64,000 nucleotides of DNA from Dehalococcoidia bacterium (lineage in GTDB: Bacteria > Chloroflexota > Dehalococcoidia > Plut-88900): the NCBI GenBank assembly GCA_965116945.1, contig OZ220734.1:598610-662609 (forward strand), read 5' to 3'. The notes under the pieces were generated by a model that did no database searches, was not told the origin of the DNA, and saw only the letters and a list, made by a program, of their open reading frames with translations. Made by a program: the position numbers and the translations under genes. This document shows, piece after piece, positions 17,240 to 27,047 of the stretch. How positions within the stretch are numbered: the first letter of the stretch is position 1; each line of letters begins with the position of its first letter.

Positions 17240-17725
17240 GGTGAATAAGCCCCCGGGGGCCGGGGGAATGATACAACATCGGGGTGGGGAGGTGGGGGAC
17301 AGCGGTGATGCAGTGGAAACGGGAGGATACCCCCGACCCCACAGAGGAACCCTCTCCCCCTTGGTCCCCCTCTCCCTTAGGGCCTGTAAGGTAGAGGGGG
17401 AAAGAAGAACAGAGGCATACCCCATGCGCTAAAGCGCATGGGGTATGCCTCTAGTTCAGTACTGGGGGGTGGGGAGGTGGGGGATGATGACGGTATTATG
17501 GGTGTACGGGTGGTCCTGTCCCCGGCGCTAGAATCACCCTCACCCTAGCCTTCTCCCGTCAAGAGGTCTTTGCGTAACTCCGCGTTAGGGGAGCGCGACA
17601 CCCCACCCATTCCGCTCTTGAGACCCCCTTCGAGAGCCTCAGGACATGCTTCGACTCCGCTCAGGGCGGGCGGAATCCCATACCACAGGGCATGGTTTCC
17701 CGATCGGAGTCGGGAATGACGGAGA
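17240..17725. repeat. Cluster of repeat modules (C-like, A + D-hairpin, C-like, A-prime, B, C)
   Basis: GGGGTGGGGAGGTGGGGGA occurs on both sides of the A+D unit (17281-17300 and 17461-17480). D-hairpin AGAGGCATACCCCATGCGCTAAAGCGCATGGGGTATGCCTCT (perfect 19-bp stem) sits at 17411-17452. Confidence 0.8.
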
Positions 17726-17728
17726 GGG

Positions 17729-18145
17729 TTAGCTTGGGTCGTGGTTGAGCATCCAGTTGATGCCGAACTTGTCGGTGCAGGCGCCGAAGTAAGAGCCCCA
17801 GAACATGTCCTGCTGGGGCATGGTTACGGTTCCGCCCTCGGAGAGTTTGGCAAAGAGCTGATCGGCTTCCTCACGGGTGGAGGGCATGTAGGAGATGGAG
17901 AAATTGGTGCCCATTATCGGCGGGGGACCAAAGGCCGAGGGCATGTCGCTGCCCATGAGGACGCTGCTGCCGATGGTGTAGGAGACGTGCATGACGTTGT
18001 TACGCTCATCTTCGGCGATGGGCATGTCGTCGGGACCTTCGGCGAAGGTTGTAAAGATGTCATATTCACCGCCGAAAATGGAGCGGTAGAACTCAAAGGC
18101 CTCTCGGCAGTTGCCAGGGAAGTGAAGATATACGAAGAGGGACAT
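17729..18145 (-). CDS. PhnB-like VOC-superfamily protein (3-demethylubiquinone-9 3-methyltransferase domain)
   Basis: 138 aa; YTIGSSVLMGSD and a ...FGI.W... C-terminal pattern typical of the PhnB family. Confidence 0.7.
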   Translation of the reverse strand: MSLFVYLHFPGNCREAFEFYRSIFGGEYDIFTTFAEGPDDMPIAEDERNNVMHVSYTIGSSVLMGSDMPSAFGPPPIMGTNFSISYMPSTREEADQLFAKLSEGGTVTMPQQDMFWGSYFGACTDKFGINWMLNHDPS

Positions 18146-18339
18146 ATTTTCCTGCCTTACTAGTGGTTGTACGGTGTTTTCTGCGGGCGAGTTATTTTAA
18201 CTGAGAATCCAGTTGAAGGAGAGGTGCGTCCCAATAGGGGCCCGGAAAGAAGTCACGGCTCTCATACATCATAGTTAGCGACCTCCGTGCCGCGGGGATG
18301 GGCGCTGAGGTGGTATATAATTGGTGCTCTGGGGAAGCC

Positions 18340-18627
18340 ATGGCATTAAGTAGAGAAGAAGTAGAGCATATTGCCCTGTTGGCGCGAGTCGGGATGACGG
18401 AGGAGGACCTGGAAACCTTCGGGGGGCAGCTGTCCCACATACTGGAGCAGTTCAACGTGCTGAATGAAGTCGACACCGAGGATATTCCCCCCACCTCCCA
18501 CACCGTAGACCTGTCCAGTGTATTCAGAGAAGATGAAGCACGCCCGTCCCTGTCGCAGGAGGACACATTGTCCAACGCTCCCCGCAGGGACGACGACTAT
18601 TTCAGGGTCAAGCCGGTGCTCGGCTGA
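18340..18627 (+). CDS. gatC: Asp/Glu-tRNA amidotransferase subunit C
   Basis: MALSREEVEHIALLARVGMTEEDLETFGGQLSHILEQFNVLNEVDTEDIPPTSH; immediately upstream of gatA. Start taken at the internal MALS Met of the ORF. Confidence 0.85.
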   Translation: MALSREEVEHIALLARVGMTEEDLETFGGQLSHILEQFNVLNEVDTEDIPPTSHTVDLSSVFREDEARPSLSQEDTLSNAPRRDDDYFRVKPVLG

Positions 18628-18635
18628 CTCTTAGG

Positions 18636-20105
18636 ATGAGCAACTCGCAACCCCTTCACGACCTCACCATTCACGATGCGTCCGATCTATTGACGCGCCG
18701 TGAAATCACTTCCGTTGAACTTACGGAGGCAGTGCTGGAGCGCATCGAGAACGTGGATGAGAGAGTCAAGGCATTTGTTACCGTAACGGGCGAAGGGGCT
18801 ATGGCAGAGGCGCGGGTGTCTGATGAAAGGCGAGGAGAGGGGGCGGTGGGGCCTCTGGACGGGGTCCCAATGATGTTGAAGGACAACCTGTGCACCAGGG
18901 GCATTCGCACAACCTGTTCTTCGAAGATGCTGGAGAGCTTCGTGCCGCCCTACGACGCTCACGTAGCGGAGCGGCTGCGGGAGTCGGGGGCGGTGATGGT
19001 GGGGAAGGGAAACCTGGACGAGTTTGCGATGGGATCGTCGACGGAGAACTCTGCGTACTTTGCGACGCGAAACCCATGGGACCTGGGTCGGGTGCCGGGG
19101 GGAAGCAGCGGCGGGGCGACGGCGGCGGTGTCGGCGGGGGAGGCTATGTACTCACTGGGATCCGATACCGGAGGCAGCATCCGCCAGCCAGCGTCGTTCT
19201 GCGGGGTGGTTGGGCTGAAGCCTACTTACGGTGCGGTAAGCAGGTATGGACTGGTGGCATTCGGAAGTTCGCTGGACCAGATCGGGCCAGTAACCAAGGA
19301 CGTGACGGATAGCGCACTTGTGATGAATGCAATTGCGGGGCACGACGCCCGGGACTCGACGTCCGTGCCGTTCGAACCGCCAGACTACACCAAGGCTCTC
19401 GTCCCGGACATCAAGGGAATGCGTATAGGCGTGCCGAAGGACTATTTTGTAGAGGGCATGGGCCAGGATGTCAGTGACGTGCTGGAGAGAGCCATCGGCA
19501 AGCTGGAAGAGCTGGGGGCGGAGGTTGACCGGGACGTTTCACTGCCGCACACGAAGTATGCGTTGGCGGTGTACTACATAATCGCTCCGTCCGAGGCATC
19601 GGCGAACCTGGCGCGGTACGACGGGGTGAAGTACGGGTATTCGGCGCAGGAAGCGGGGAGCATGTGGGAGGCCATGGAGAAGACGCGGCAGTACGGGTTC
19701 GGGCCCGAGGTGAAGCGGCGGATAATGCTCGGGACGTATGCTCTGTCGTCAGGTTACTACGACGCTTACTACCTGAAGGCGCAGAAGGTCAGGACGCTGA
19801 TACGTCGGGAGTTTGAAGAAGCATTCGAGAGGTTCGATGCGGTGGTTGCGCCAACCTGCCCGACTCCGGCGTTTGAGCTCGGGGCCAAGATGGATGATCC
19901 GGTACAGATGTACCTGAGCGACATCTGTACCATACCGGCGAACATAGCCGGCATACCGGCGATGTCGGTGCCTGCTGGGTTTTCGTTTGGCCTGCCGGTG
20001 GGCATGCAGATCATGTCCAAGGCGTTTGGGGAGTCGGCGTTGTTGCGGGTTGCATACGCATACGAGCAGTCGATGGGATGGCGGCACCTTCGGGCGCCGG
20101 TGTGA
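18636..20105 (+). CDS. gatA: Glutamyl-tRNA(Gln) amidotransferase subunit A (amidase signature family)
   Basis: GGSSGG amidase signature; 489 aa; the gatC-gatA arrangement. Confidence 0.92.
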   Translation: MSNSQPLHDLTIHDASDLLTRREITSVELTEAVLERIENVDERVKAFVTVTGEGAMAEARVSDERRGEGAVGPLDGVPMMLKDNLCTRGIRTTCSSKMLESFVPPYDAHVAERLRESGAVMVGKGNLDEFAMGSSTENSAYFATRNPWDLGRVPGGSSGGATAAVSAGEAMYSLGSDTGGSIRQPASFCGVVGLKPTYGAVSRYGLVAFGSSLDQIGPVTKDVTDSALVMNAIAGHDARDSTSVPFEPPDYTKALVPDIKGMRIGVPKDYFVEGMGQDVSDVLERAIGKLEELGAEVDRDVSLPHTKYALAVYYIIAPSEASANLARYDGVKYGYSAQEAGSMWEAMEKTRQYGFGPEVKRRIMLGTYALSSGYYDAYYLKAQKVRTLIRREFEEAFERFDAVVAPTCPTPAFELGAKMDDPVQMYLSDICTIPANIAGIPAMSVPAGFSFGLPVGMQIMSKAFGESALLRVAYAYEQSMGWRHLRAPV

Positions 20106-20301
20106 GGGTTAACCAAGACTGCCAAATACCCAAGTGAACCTGCACCATCCCGATCAACACTTCGACGGGGAGCAGGGCCAGCGGCACAACCCATTGATGG
20201 ATTTTGCGTCGGGTGCTGAAAAGACGATTGTATGTAGGGTCTCAAAGCCAGTTTGATATACTCACCCGGCTTTCTCCGAGCTTTCCTTTACCAGGGTAGA
20301 T

Positions 20302-21846
20302 ATGGGCAATCGCGACGTTTCAGCAGCGTGGGACTATCACAACTCTACGAAGCACACGTATTGGAGTGTGCGAGGGGGCCAAGGGCTGGACTGGCCCAAC
20401 CAGCCCCTGCCTTTCAAGATTTACAAAGACGTTGAGAGTAGGCGGCTCCCGCGGGACGGTACTCCAATAACAGCCGGACTTCTGGAGGCGCTGGTCGCAT
20501 CTTCGGCACCACTTGATGGCGAGTCGGTACCCGACCTCGGCCTGCTGGCCCGCATATTGTATTTCTCGGCGGGGATTACGAAGAGGATGCCATACACGGG
20601 TGGTGAGATCTTCTTTCGGGCTGCGGCATGCACGGGGGCGCTGTACCACATCGACATCTACCTGGTCTGCGGCGATCTGCCGGGGCTGGAAGCGGGGATT
20701 TACCACTTCGGGCCGCATGACTTCGGACAAGTGCAGCTTCGTAAGGGTGACTACCGTCAGATGCTGATTGAGGCATCGGGGGAAGAGTCTGCGATCGCTG
20801 ATGCCCCGGTTACTGTTGTCCTTGCCGACACCCATTGGCGCAACGCCTGGAAGTACGGGGCGCGGGCCTATCGGCATGCGTTCTGGGACTCGGGGACGTT
20901 GCTTTCCAATATGCTGGCTGCGGCCTCGGGAGTTGGACTGCCTGCAAGGGTGGTAATGTCCTTCGTGGACGAGGAGGTGCATCGGCTGCTGGGGCTGGAG
21001 GAGGAGAGGGAATCGGTGATAGCGCTGGTGCCGTTGGGTCGGGCACAAGGGCAAAAGGTTGGAGAGACGCCTCCGATAGGCTCTCTCAACCTCCCCACCG
21101 AACCCCTTTCCCCGAAGATTGTGGAGTACCCCACGCTATACGACTTTCACAGAAGTTCTACCCTGGCGTCGGTGGAGGAAGTGAGGGGAGTGAGGGGCGG
21201 GGCTCCTTCGGGCCAGCCAGAGCAAACTGCGGAGAAGCTAGTATCATTGCAACGAGGTGGGGAGGGGCTGAGGTACCGGACACTGGAAGACACTATTGTC
21301 AGGCGAGGGTCGACTCGGGCCTTTGCTCATGAGCCGATATCGCTCGATCAGTTGTCCGCGGCGCTGGACTATTCGACTCGAGGGTTTGACTCTGACTTTC
21401 TGTCGTCCGACGACCCATCACTCAACCGTCTGTTTCTGATAGTAAATGCGGTAGACGGGCTAAGCCCGGGGGCATATCTCTATCATCGGGAGTCGCATGC
21501 ACTTGAACTGATCAATGAAGGCGACTTCCGGCGTGAGGCGGGATATCTCGGGCTGGAGCAGAAGATTCCCGCCGATGCCAGCGTGAACGTGTACATGCTG
21601 ACTGACCTAGAGCGGATCCTAGATACCTTCGGGAACAGGGGGTACCGGATGGCGGAGATGGAGGCGGGGATAATAGGTGGCCGGTTGTACCTGGTGGCGT
21701 ATGGCACGGGATTCGGGGCCAGCGGCCTGACGTTCTATGATGACGAGGTTATCGAGTTCTTCGGGCCGAGGGCGAAGGGGCTGAGCGTTATGTTCCTAGT
21801 GGCCCTAGGCAAATCCGTGAAGAGGAAGAAGGCGGACAAAGGTTGA
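20302..21846 (+). CDS. SagB/ThcOx-type dehydrogenase (tandem nitroreductase-fold domains)
   Basis: 514 aa; N-terminus W.YH.STKH...P.Q...K.Y is characteristic of the SagB-type dehydrogenase domain. No YcaO or cyclodehydratase partner is visible. Confidence 0.6.
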   Translation: MGNRDVSAAWDYHNSTKHTYWSVRGGQGLDWPNQPLPFKIYKDVESRRLPRDGTPITAGLLEALVASSAPLDGESVPDLGLLARILYFSAGITKRMPYTGGEIFFRAAACTGALYHIDIYLVCGDLPGLEAGIYHFGPHDFGQVQLRKGDYRQMLIEASGEESAIADAPVTVVLADTHWRNAWKYGARAYRHAFWDSGTLLSNMLAAASGVGLPARVVMSFVDEEVHRLLGLEEERESVIALVPLGRAQGQKVGETPPIGSLNLPTEPLSPKIVEYPTLYDFHRSSTLASVEEVRGVRGGAPSGQPEQTAEKLVSLQRGGEGLRYRTLEDTIVRRGSTRAFAHEPISLDQLSAALDYSTRGFDSDFLSSDDPSLNRLFLIVNAVDGLSPGAYLYHRESHALELINEGDFRREAGYLGLEQKIPADASVNVYMLTDLERILDTFGNRGYRMAEMEAGIIGGRLYLVAYGTGFGASGLTFYDDEVIEFFGPRAKGLSVMFLVALGKSVKRKKADKG

Positions 21847-21904
21847 CAGTATGGGCTAATGGGGTGGAGTTCGAAATCATTTCGTTAGGAAGGGAGAAGG
21901 GACG

Positions 21905-23065
21905 ATGAAGCAAGCGACATGGCAGTATTTCACGCTGGAGGAGTACCAAGGCAGGCTGGATGCGCTGAGGGCGAGGATGGAGGCCAAGGATGTGGACTGC
22001 ATGATGGTGCACACGCCGGAGAACCTATGCTACCTGACGGGATACCAGACGCCCGGATACTACTGGTACCAGACCCTCATCGTGCCCATGGACCGGGAGC
22101 CGGTGTTCATCACCCGGCTCCTGGAGAACTCCAACGTGGAACACCTGACGTGGGTCGAGGACAGCAGGCCCTACGGGGACTCGGACGACTGGGTGCAGCA
22201 GACCAAAGACACGCTTGTCGATCTGGGCATGGGGTCTAAGAGAATCGGGGTGGAGATGGGCTCCTGGTTCATAACTATCTCGGACTATCAACGTCTGCAG
22301 GGAATGCTGCCCGACGCCCAGTGGGTCGACTGCTCGATGATGGTGGAAGAGGGCCGGATGATCAAATCGCCGCAGGAGATCGAGTACATCACGCAGGCGG
22401 CCCGGGCCACGGAGGCCGGCGTGCTGGCGGGTATCGAGGCCTCGGCGGTTGGCGTGACGGAAAACGAAGTTGCTGCCGCCGTGTATGCGGCCCAGATAAG
22501 GGCCGGGAGTGAGTACACCGGTCTGCCCCTGTTCGTCACCGCTGGCAAAAGGTCGTTCCTGGGGCACGTGACGTGGTACCGGGAGACAATACAGCCGGGA
22601 GACACGGTTTTCCTGGAGATATCGGGGTGCATTAACCGGTATCACGCGTCGCAGATGCGGAACGTGTACCTCGGGGACCCGCCGGAGGCGTCGGTTAAGG
22701 CAACAGGCGTGATGGCCACGGCGTTGGAGGAGATGATCAAGTTCATAAAACCGGGGGTCAGGGCGCACGATGCCCACATGGTCTGCAAGAACGTCATCGC
22801 CGGTGCGGGCCTCGGGGCAGAGCTGAACCACAGGGCAGCGTATTCGATAGGCCTGGCATTTGCTCCAGACTGGGGCGAGGGCCATATTCTAAGCATGAAC
22901 GAGGGCGAGTACCGGGAACTGCGCCCCGGCATGACGTTCCACCTGATACCAGCGATATTCATACCGAGCCTGACGTCGGTGGGGGTGAGCGAGACGGTGC
23001 TTGTTACGGAGTCTGGGTGCGAGCCTATAACGGGGAATGTGGAGAGGAAGCTGTTTTCGAAGTAA
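21905..23065 (+). CDS. M24-family metallo-hydrolase with creatinase-type N-terminal domain (creatinase / Xaa-Pro peptidase / ectoine-hydrolase-like), copy 1 of 3
   Basis: N-domain F...EY..RL..L...M....D...V...EN..YL.GY plus a pita-bread C-domain. Copies 2 and 3 are about 55-65% identical. Confidence 0.8.
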   Translation: MKQATWQYFTLEEYQGRLDALRARMEAKDVDCMMVHTPENLCYLTGYQTPGYYWYQTLIVPMDREPVFITRLLENSNVEHLTWVEDSRPYGDSDDWVQQTKDTLVDLGMGSKRIGVEMGSWFITISDYQRLQGMLPDAQWVDCSMMVEEGRMIKSPQEIEYITQAARATEAGVLAGIEASAVGVTENEVAAAVYAAQIRAGSEYTGLPLFVTAGKRSFLGHVTWYRETIQPGDTVFLEISGCINRYHASQMRNVYLGDPPEASVKATGVMATALEEMIKFIKPGVRAHDAHMVCKNVIAGAGLGAELNHRAAYSIGLAFAPDWGEGHILSMNEGEYRELRPGMTFHLIPAIFIPSLTSVGVSETVLVTESGCEPITGNVERKLFSK

Positions 23066-23201
23066 GGGGGTGAAGGTGATCCCTCACCCTGAGCCTCTGG
23101 CAGGCCCATCCCAGCCCACCGCTCATACTTCGAGGGCCTTGGCACGAACAGCTCCACACCAGGCCGCAAAAGATATTCACGACTCGTAGTTAGAGGGAGA
23201 A

Positions 23202-24362
23202 GTGAAGAAACCTAACTGGCAGTATTTTAGCTTGGAAGAATACCAGCAGAGACTCGAAGCCCTGAGGGGTCGGATGGAGGGGTTGGGGGTGGATGCGGTG
23301 CTCATAAACACCCCTGAGAACCTGTACTACCTATCCGGGTACCAGACGCCGGGGTACTATTGGTGGCAGACCCTGGTCGTGCCGATGGACCGGGAGCCGG
23401 TTTCCGTGACGAGACGGGTGGAGGACTCCAACATGCGGGAGCTGGGTTGGGTCGAGGACCGGCGCCCCTACGAAGACTACGAGGACTGGGTCGAGAAGAC
23501 CCGGGATGTACTGGTGGACCTGGGACTCGGGGGGAAGACGATCGGGATGGAGCTGGGGAGTTTCTTCCTGCCGGCCAGAGACTACCTGAAGCTGCAGGCA
23601 TTGTTGCCCGAGGCAAAGTTCGTGGACAGCACGGGGTTGGTGGAGGATGGGCGGCTTATCAAGTCGGCGCAGGAGATCGAGTACATGCGTCAGGCAGCTC
23701 GGGCGGCGGAAGCGGCGACGCTGGCAGGCATCAATGCGGTGGGGCTGGGAGCTACCGAGAACGATGTGGCGGCGGAAATGCACCGGGCGCAGATCAAGGC
23801 GGGGAGCGAGTACACGGGCCTGCCCATGTTCATAGCGTCGGGGGTGAGGTCTACGATGACCCATGCCACCTGGTACCGGCGGCCGCTGCAGAAGGATGAA
23901 GTTGTGTTTTTCGAGGTGCCGGGATGCATAAATCGGTATCACGCGGCGATGATGCGGGAGGTGTACATCGGGGACCCGCCGGAGTGGATGTCCAGGGGAA
24001 TGGACGTAGTAACAGACACCCTGGCCAAGGCCAAAGAGAAGATCAAGCCGGGAGTCGCGGCGGGGGAGTTGTTCGAAGAGATCAAGGAGATGCTGGACTC
24101 CGCGGAGCTGGGGGCCAAGCTGGAGCGTCGGGCGGCGTACTCCATAGGCATAGCCTTCGCACCCGACTGGGGAGAGGGACACATCCTGAGCATTATGAGA
24201 GGTGAGGAGCGGCAGCTTCAGGCCGGGATGGCCTTCCACCTGATTCCCGGAGTCCGGGTGGTGGGGCTGGGGGGCATCCTGTGCAGCGACACGGTGCTGG
24301 TAACAGAGGACGGTTGCGAGACGTTAACGGGTGGAGTGGAGCAGAAGTTGTTTGTGAAGTGA
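23202..24362 (+). CDS. M24-family metallo-hydrolase (creatinase-like), copy 2 of 3
   Basis: Tandem paralogue; a repeat module lies in the spacer. Confidence 0.8.
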   Translation: MKKPNWQYFSLEEYQQRLEALRGRMEGLGVDAVLINTPENLYYLSGYQTPGYYWWQTLVVPMDREPVSVTRRVEDSNMRELGWVEDRRPYEDYEDWVEKTRDVLVDLGLGGKTIGMELGSFFLPARDYLKLQALLPEAKFVDSTGLVEDGRLIKSAQEIEYMRQAARAAEAATLAGINAVGLGATENDVAAEMHRAQIKAGSEYTGLPMFIASGVRSTMTHATWYRRPLQKDEVVFFEVPGCINRYHAAMMREVYIGDPPEWMSRGMDVVTDTLAKAKEKIKPGVAAGELFEEIKEMLDSAELGAKLERRAAYSIGIAFAPDWGEGHILSIMRGEERQLQAGMAFHLIPGVRVVGLGGILCSDTVLVTEDGCETLTGGVEQKLFVK

Positions 24363-24495
24363 GGGCGAGGCGCGACAGAAGGGCAGTTACGGGCCACCCC
24401 CGCTCGACCCTTCGAGTGCCTCAGGGTGAGCGGCCCCACCGCAACGGGGGGACGGAGATTTCGGCAAGACATCCAGAGAGCCCGGGGGAACGGAG

Positions 24496-25671
24496 ATGAG
24501 AAAGCCCAAATACCAGTTCTTTGCCCTGGAAGAGTACCAGGGGCGGTTGGATGCGCTAAGGGGTCGGATGGAGGAGCGGGGTATTGACGTGCTGCTGGTG
24601 AACTCGCCGGAGAACCTTTACTACATCTCGGGGTACCAGACGCCGGGATATTACTGGTACCAAACCCTGATCGTGGGGCTGGACCGGGAGCCGACCTTCG
24701 TGACCCGGCTCAACGAGGCCTCCAACATTGAGCCTTTCTCCTGGGTCGAGGACAGCAGGCCCTACGAAGACCACGAGGACTGGATTGAGCACACCAGGGA
24801 TGTGCTGACGGACCTGGGGCTGGCCGACAAGCGAGTCGGGTTGCAATACGATTCCTTTTTCCTCACTTCCCGGGACGAAAAGGGGCTGGCGGCGGCTCTC
24901 TCGGCGGCGACGTTTGTGGATGGGTCAGGGCTGGTGGAGGAGGGTCGGATGGTGAAATCGGAGCAGGAGATTGAGTATATACGGCAAGCTGCGAGGACGG
25001 CGGAGGCGGGGTTGAGGGCGGGAATAGAGGTGTGTGAGGTCGGGGTGACGGAGAACGACGTGGCAGCGGAGATACATCGGGCGCAGATTGCGGCGGGCAG
25101 CGAATACACGGGGCTGCCCATATTCATCAGGACGGGGTCCCGTGACCTGATGACACATTCCACCTGGTACCGCAACGTCCTGCAGCCCGGCGACAGTGTG
25201 ACCATCGAAATGCCGGGGTGTATCAACCGGTACCATGCGGCGACGTATCAGCAGATATATCTCGGAGACCCACCGGAGCTGCTGCTCAGGGCCCGGGAGA
25301 CAGGAGCCAAGGTGATGGCCGAAGCAAAGTCGGCGATAAGGCCGGGGGTGCCGGCGGGCGATATACACCGGCTTGTCCAGCAAAGCCTGGAAGAGGCCAT
25401 GGGCGCCGGGAGCAAGCGAAACAGTCGGGCGGCCTACTCCATAGGCATCGCGTTCGCGCCGGACTGGGGCGAGGGGCACATCATCAGCATGACGGAAGGC
25501 GAGACCCGACCTCTGCAGGCCGGAATGACCTTCCACCTGCTCGCGGGCCACGTGGCCCTGCAGGGCCTGGATGGGGTCAAGAGGGCCGTGAACAGCGACA
25601 CCATCCTGGTCACGGAAGACGGCTGCGAGACGCTGACGGACGGGCTGGAGCACAGACTTTGGGTGAAGTAA
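24496..25671 (+). CDS. M24-family metallo-hydrolase (creatinase-like), copy 3 of 3
   Basis: Tandem paralogue; a repeat module lies in the spacer. Confidence 0.8.
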   Translation: MRKPKYQFFALEEYQGRLDALRGRMEERGIDVLLVNSPENLYYISGYQTPGYYWYQTLIVGLDREPTFVTRLNEASNIEPFSWVEDSRPYEDHEDWIEHTRDVLTDLGLADKRVGLQYDSFFLTSRDEKGLAAALSAATFVDGSGLVEEGRMVKSEQEIEYIRQAARTAEAGLRAGIEVCEVGVTENDVAAEIHRAQIAAGSEYTGLPIFIRTGSRDLMTHSTWYRNVLQPGDSVTIEMPGCINRYHAATYQQIYLGDPPELLLRARETGAKVMAEAKSAIRPGVPAGDIHRLVQQSLEEAMGAGSKRNSRAAYSIGIAFAPDWGEGHIISMTEGETRPLQAGMTFHLLAGHVALQGLDGVKRAVNSDTILVTEDGCETLTDGLEHRLWVK

Positions 25672-25843
25672 GGGGCAGGCGCGAAGGAATGGCAGGGGTG
25701 GGCCGAGCCCCCCGCTCGACCCTTCGACTCCGCTCAGGGTGAGCGGCCCCACCCCAGAACGCGCTTGCAGACTATCAGGGACGGCAAGGAGGACGGCGAG
25801 GTGTGCTATTCTGCCTCTGACTATTTATCTCGGAGGTGATTTT

Positions 25844-26842
25844 GTGAAGTTTGGGATTATGCTGCCGCATTCGGGGGCTTTGGCAGGGGTGGAGGCTATT
25901 AGACGGGTGGCGCTGGAGGCCGACGATTTGGGCTTCGATTCGGTGTGGTGCCACGACCACGTGACTTACGATACGGACTGGTTCCTGCACAGGGGGTCGG
26001 GGCTTATTGAGCAGTGCGAGGGTATAGAGCCCCATTTTTATGAATCGATTAACACGCTGACCTGGGTGGCAGGGATGACTCAACACGTGAAGCTGGGCAC
26101 GGCGATCCTGGTGCTGCCCCTCCGGGACCCCAGGGTCCTGGCCCGACAGGCAATGACATTGCAGTCGCTTTCAGGGGGGAGGCTGATGCTGGGGGTGGGA
26201 ATTGGGGACTACCCCAGCGACTTCCGGGTGATGCAGATACCCTACGACGAGAAAAATCGCATCACAGACGAATACATAGACGTGCTGAACGCTGCCTTCC
26301 AGGGCGGGAACGTGGACTTCCAGGGACCAAATATCTCCTTCGAGAACGCATCGTACTTCCCGAAGACGGAGCCCAAGGTGCCGGTGCTGTACGGGGGTGG
26401 GGTGATATATCCCCGCAAGACCCGACAGCCGAAGCTCTACGAGCCGGCCATACGCCGCATCGCCGAGCGGTGCGACGGCTGGATACCGGAAGGGCCGCCG
26501 CACGTGATGGCGGATGGGATAAGGCGGATCCGGGAGTTGGCGTCGGAGGCGGGGAGGGGGGATGTCGATTTCCAGGTGACGGGTTACATACCGCTTTACA
26601 TAGACCATGATTCGGCGGCGCAGGCCATTACCAGGAAAACGCTCGTTACGGAGATTCACACGTTTGAAGAGGGGTTGGCGGGGTCATTGGTGGGGTCGGT
26701 GGACCGGATCTGCAAGGTTATCGAGTCGTACCAGGAGGCTGGGGTGAATGGGCTGGGGATGAGGTGCTGGGCGGAAAACCTGCCGAGGTTCGTGGCGATG
26801 ATGAGGACGTTTGCGCGAGAGGTTATGCCTAGGTTTGAGTGA
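25844..26842 (+). CDS. LLM-class (luciferase-like) flavin/F420-dependent oxidoreductase
   Basis: A GTG start (VKFGIMLPH) lies 7 nt downstream of GGAGG. The TIM-barrel LLM pattern includes DSVW..DH. Confidence 0.75.
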   Translation: MKFGIMLPHSGALAGVEAIRRVALEADDLGFDSVWCHDHVTYDTDWFLHRGSGLIEQCEGIEPHFYESINTLTWVAGMTQHVKLGTAILVLPLRDPRVLARQAMTLQSLSGGRLMLGVGIGDYPSDFRVMQIPYDEKNRITDEYIDVLNAAFQGGNVDFQGPNISFENASYFPKTEPKVPVLYGGGVIYPRKTRQPKLYEPAIRRIAERCDGWIPEGPPHVMADGIRRIRELASEAGRGDVDFQVTGYIPLYIDHDSAAQAITRKTLVTEIHTFEEGLAGSLVGSVDRICKVIESYQEAGVNGLGMRCWAENLPRFVAMMRTFAREVMPRFE

Positions 26843-26889
26843 GGGTTGGGGAAAGATCACCTTCACGACGATCCATCGCTTTATGAGAG

Positions 26890-27045
26890 CTGTTTACCCA
26901 ATACCGAATCACCCTCACCCTAGCCCTCTCCCGTCGAGGGAGAGGGGACGAGACCACTCCCACCCGACCCTTCGAATTATCTCAGGGCGAGCGGCCGAAC
27001 ACGGGGATGGATTCCCAATCAGAGCCGGGAATGACGACTGGCGAT
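26890..27045. repeat. Composite repeat (modules A-prime + B + C)
   Basis: ATCACCCTCACCCTAGCCCTCTCCCGTCGAGGGAGAGGGGA...CTTCGAATTATCTCAGGGCGAGCGG...GGATTCCCAATCAGAGCCGGGAATGACGAC. Confidence 0.8.
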
Positions 27046-27047
27046 AG

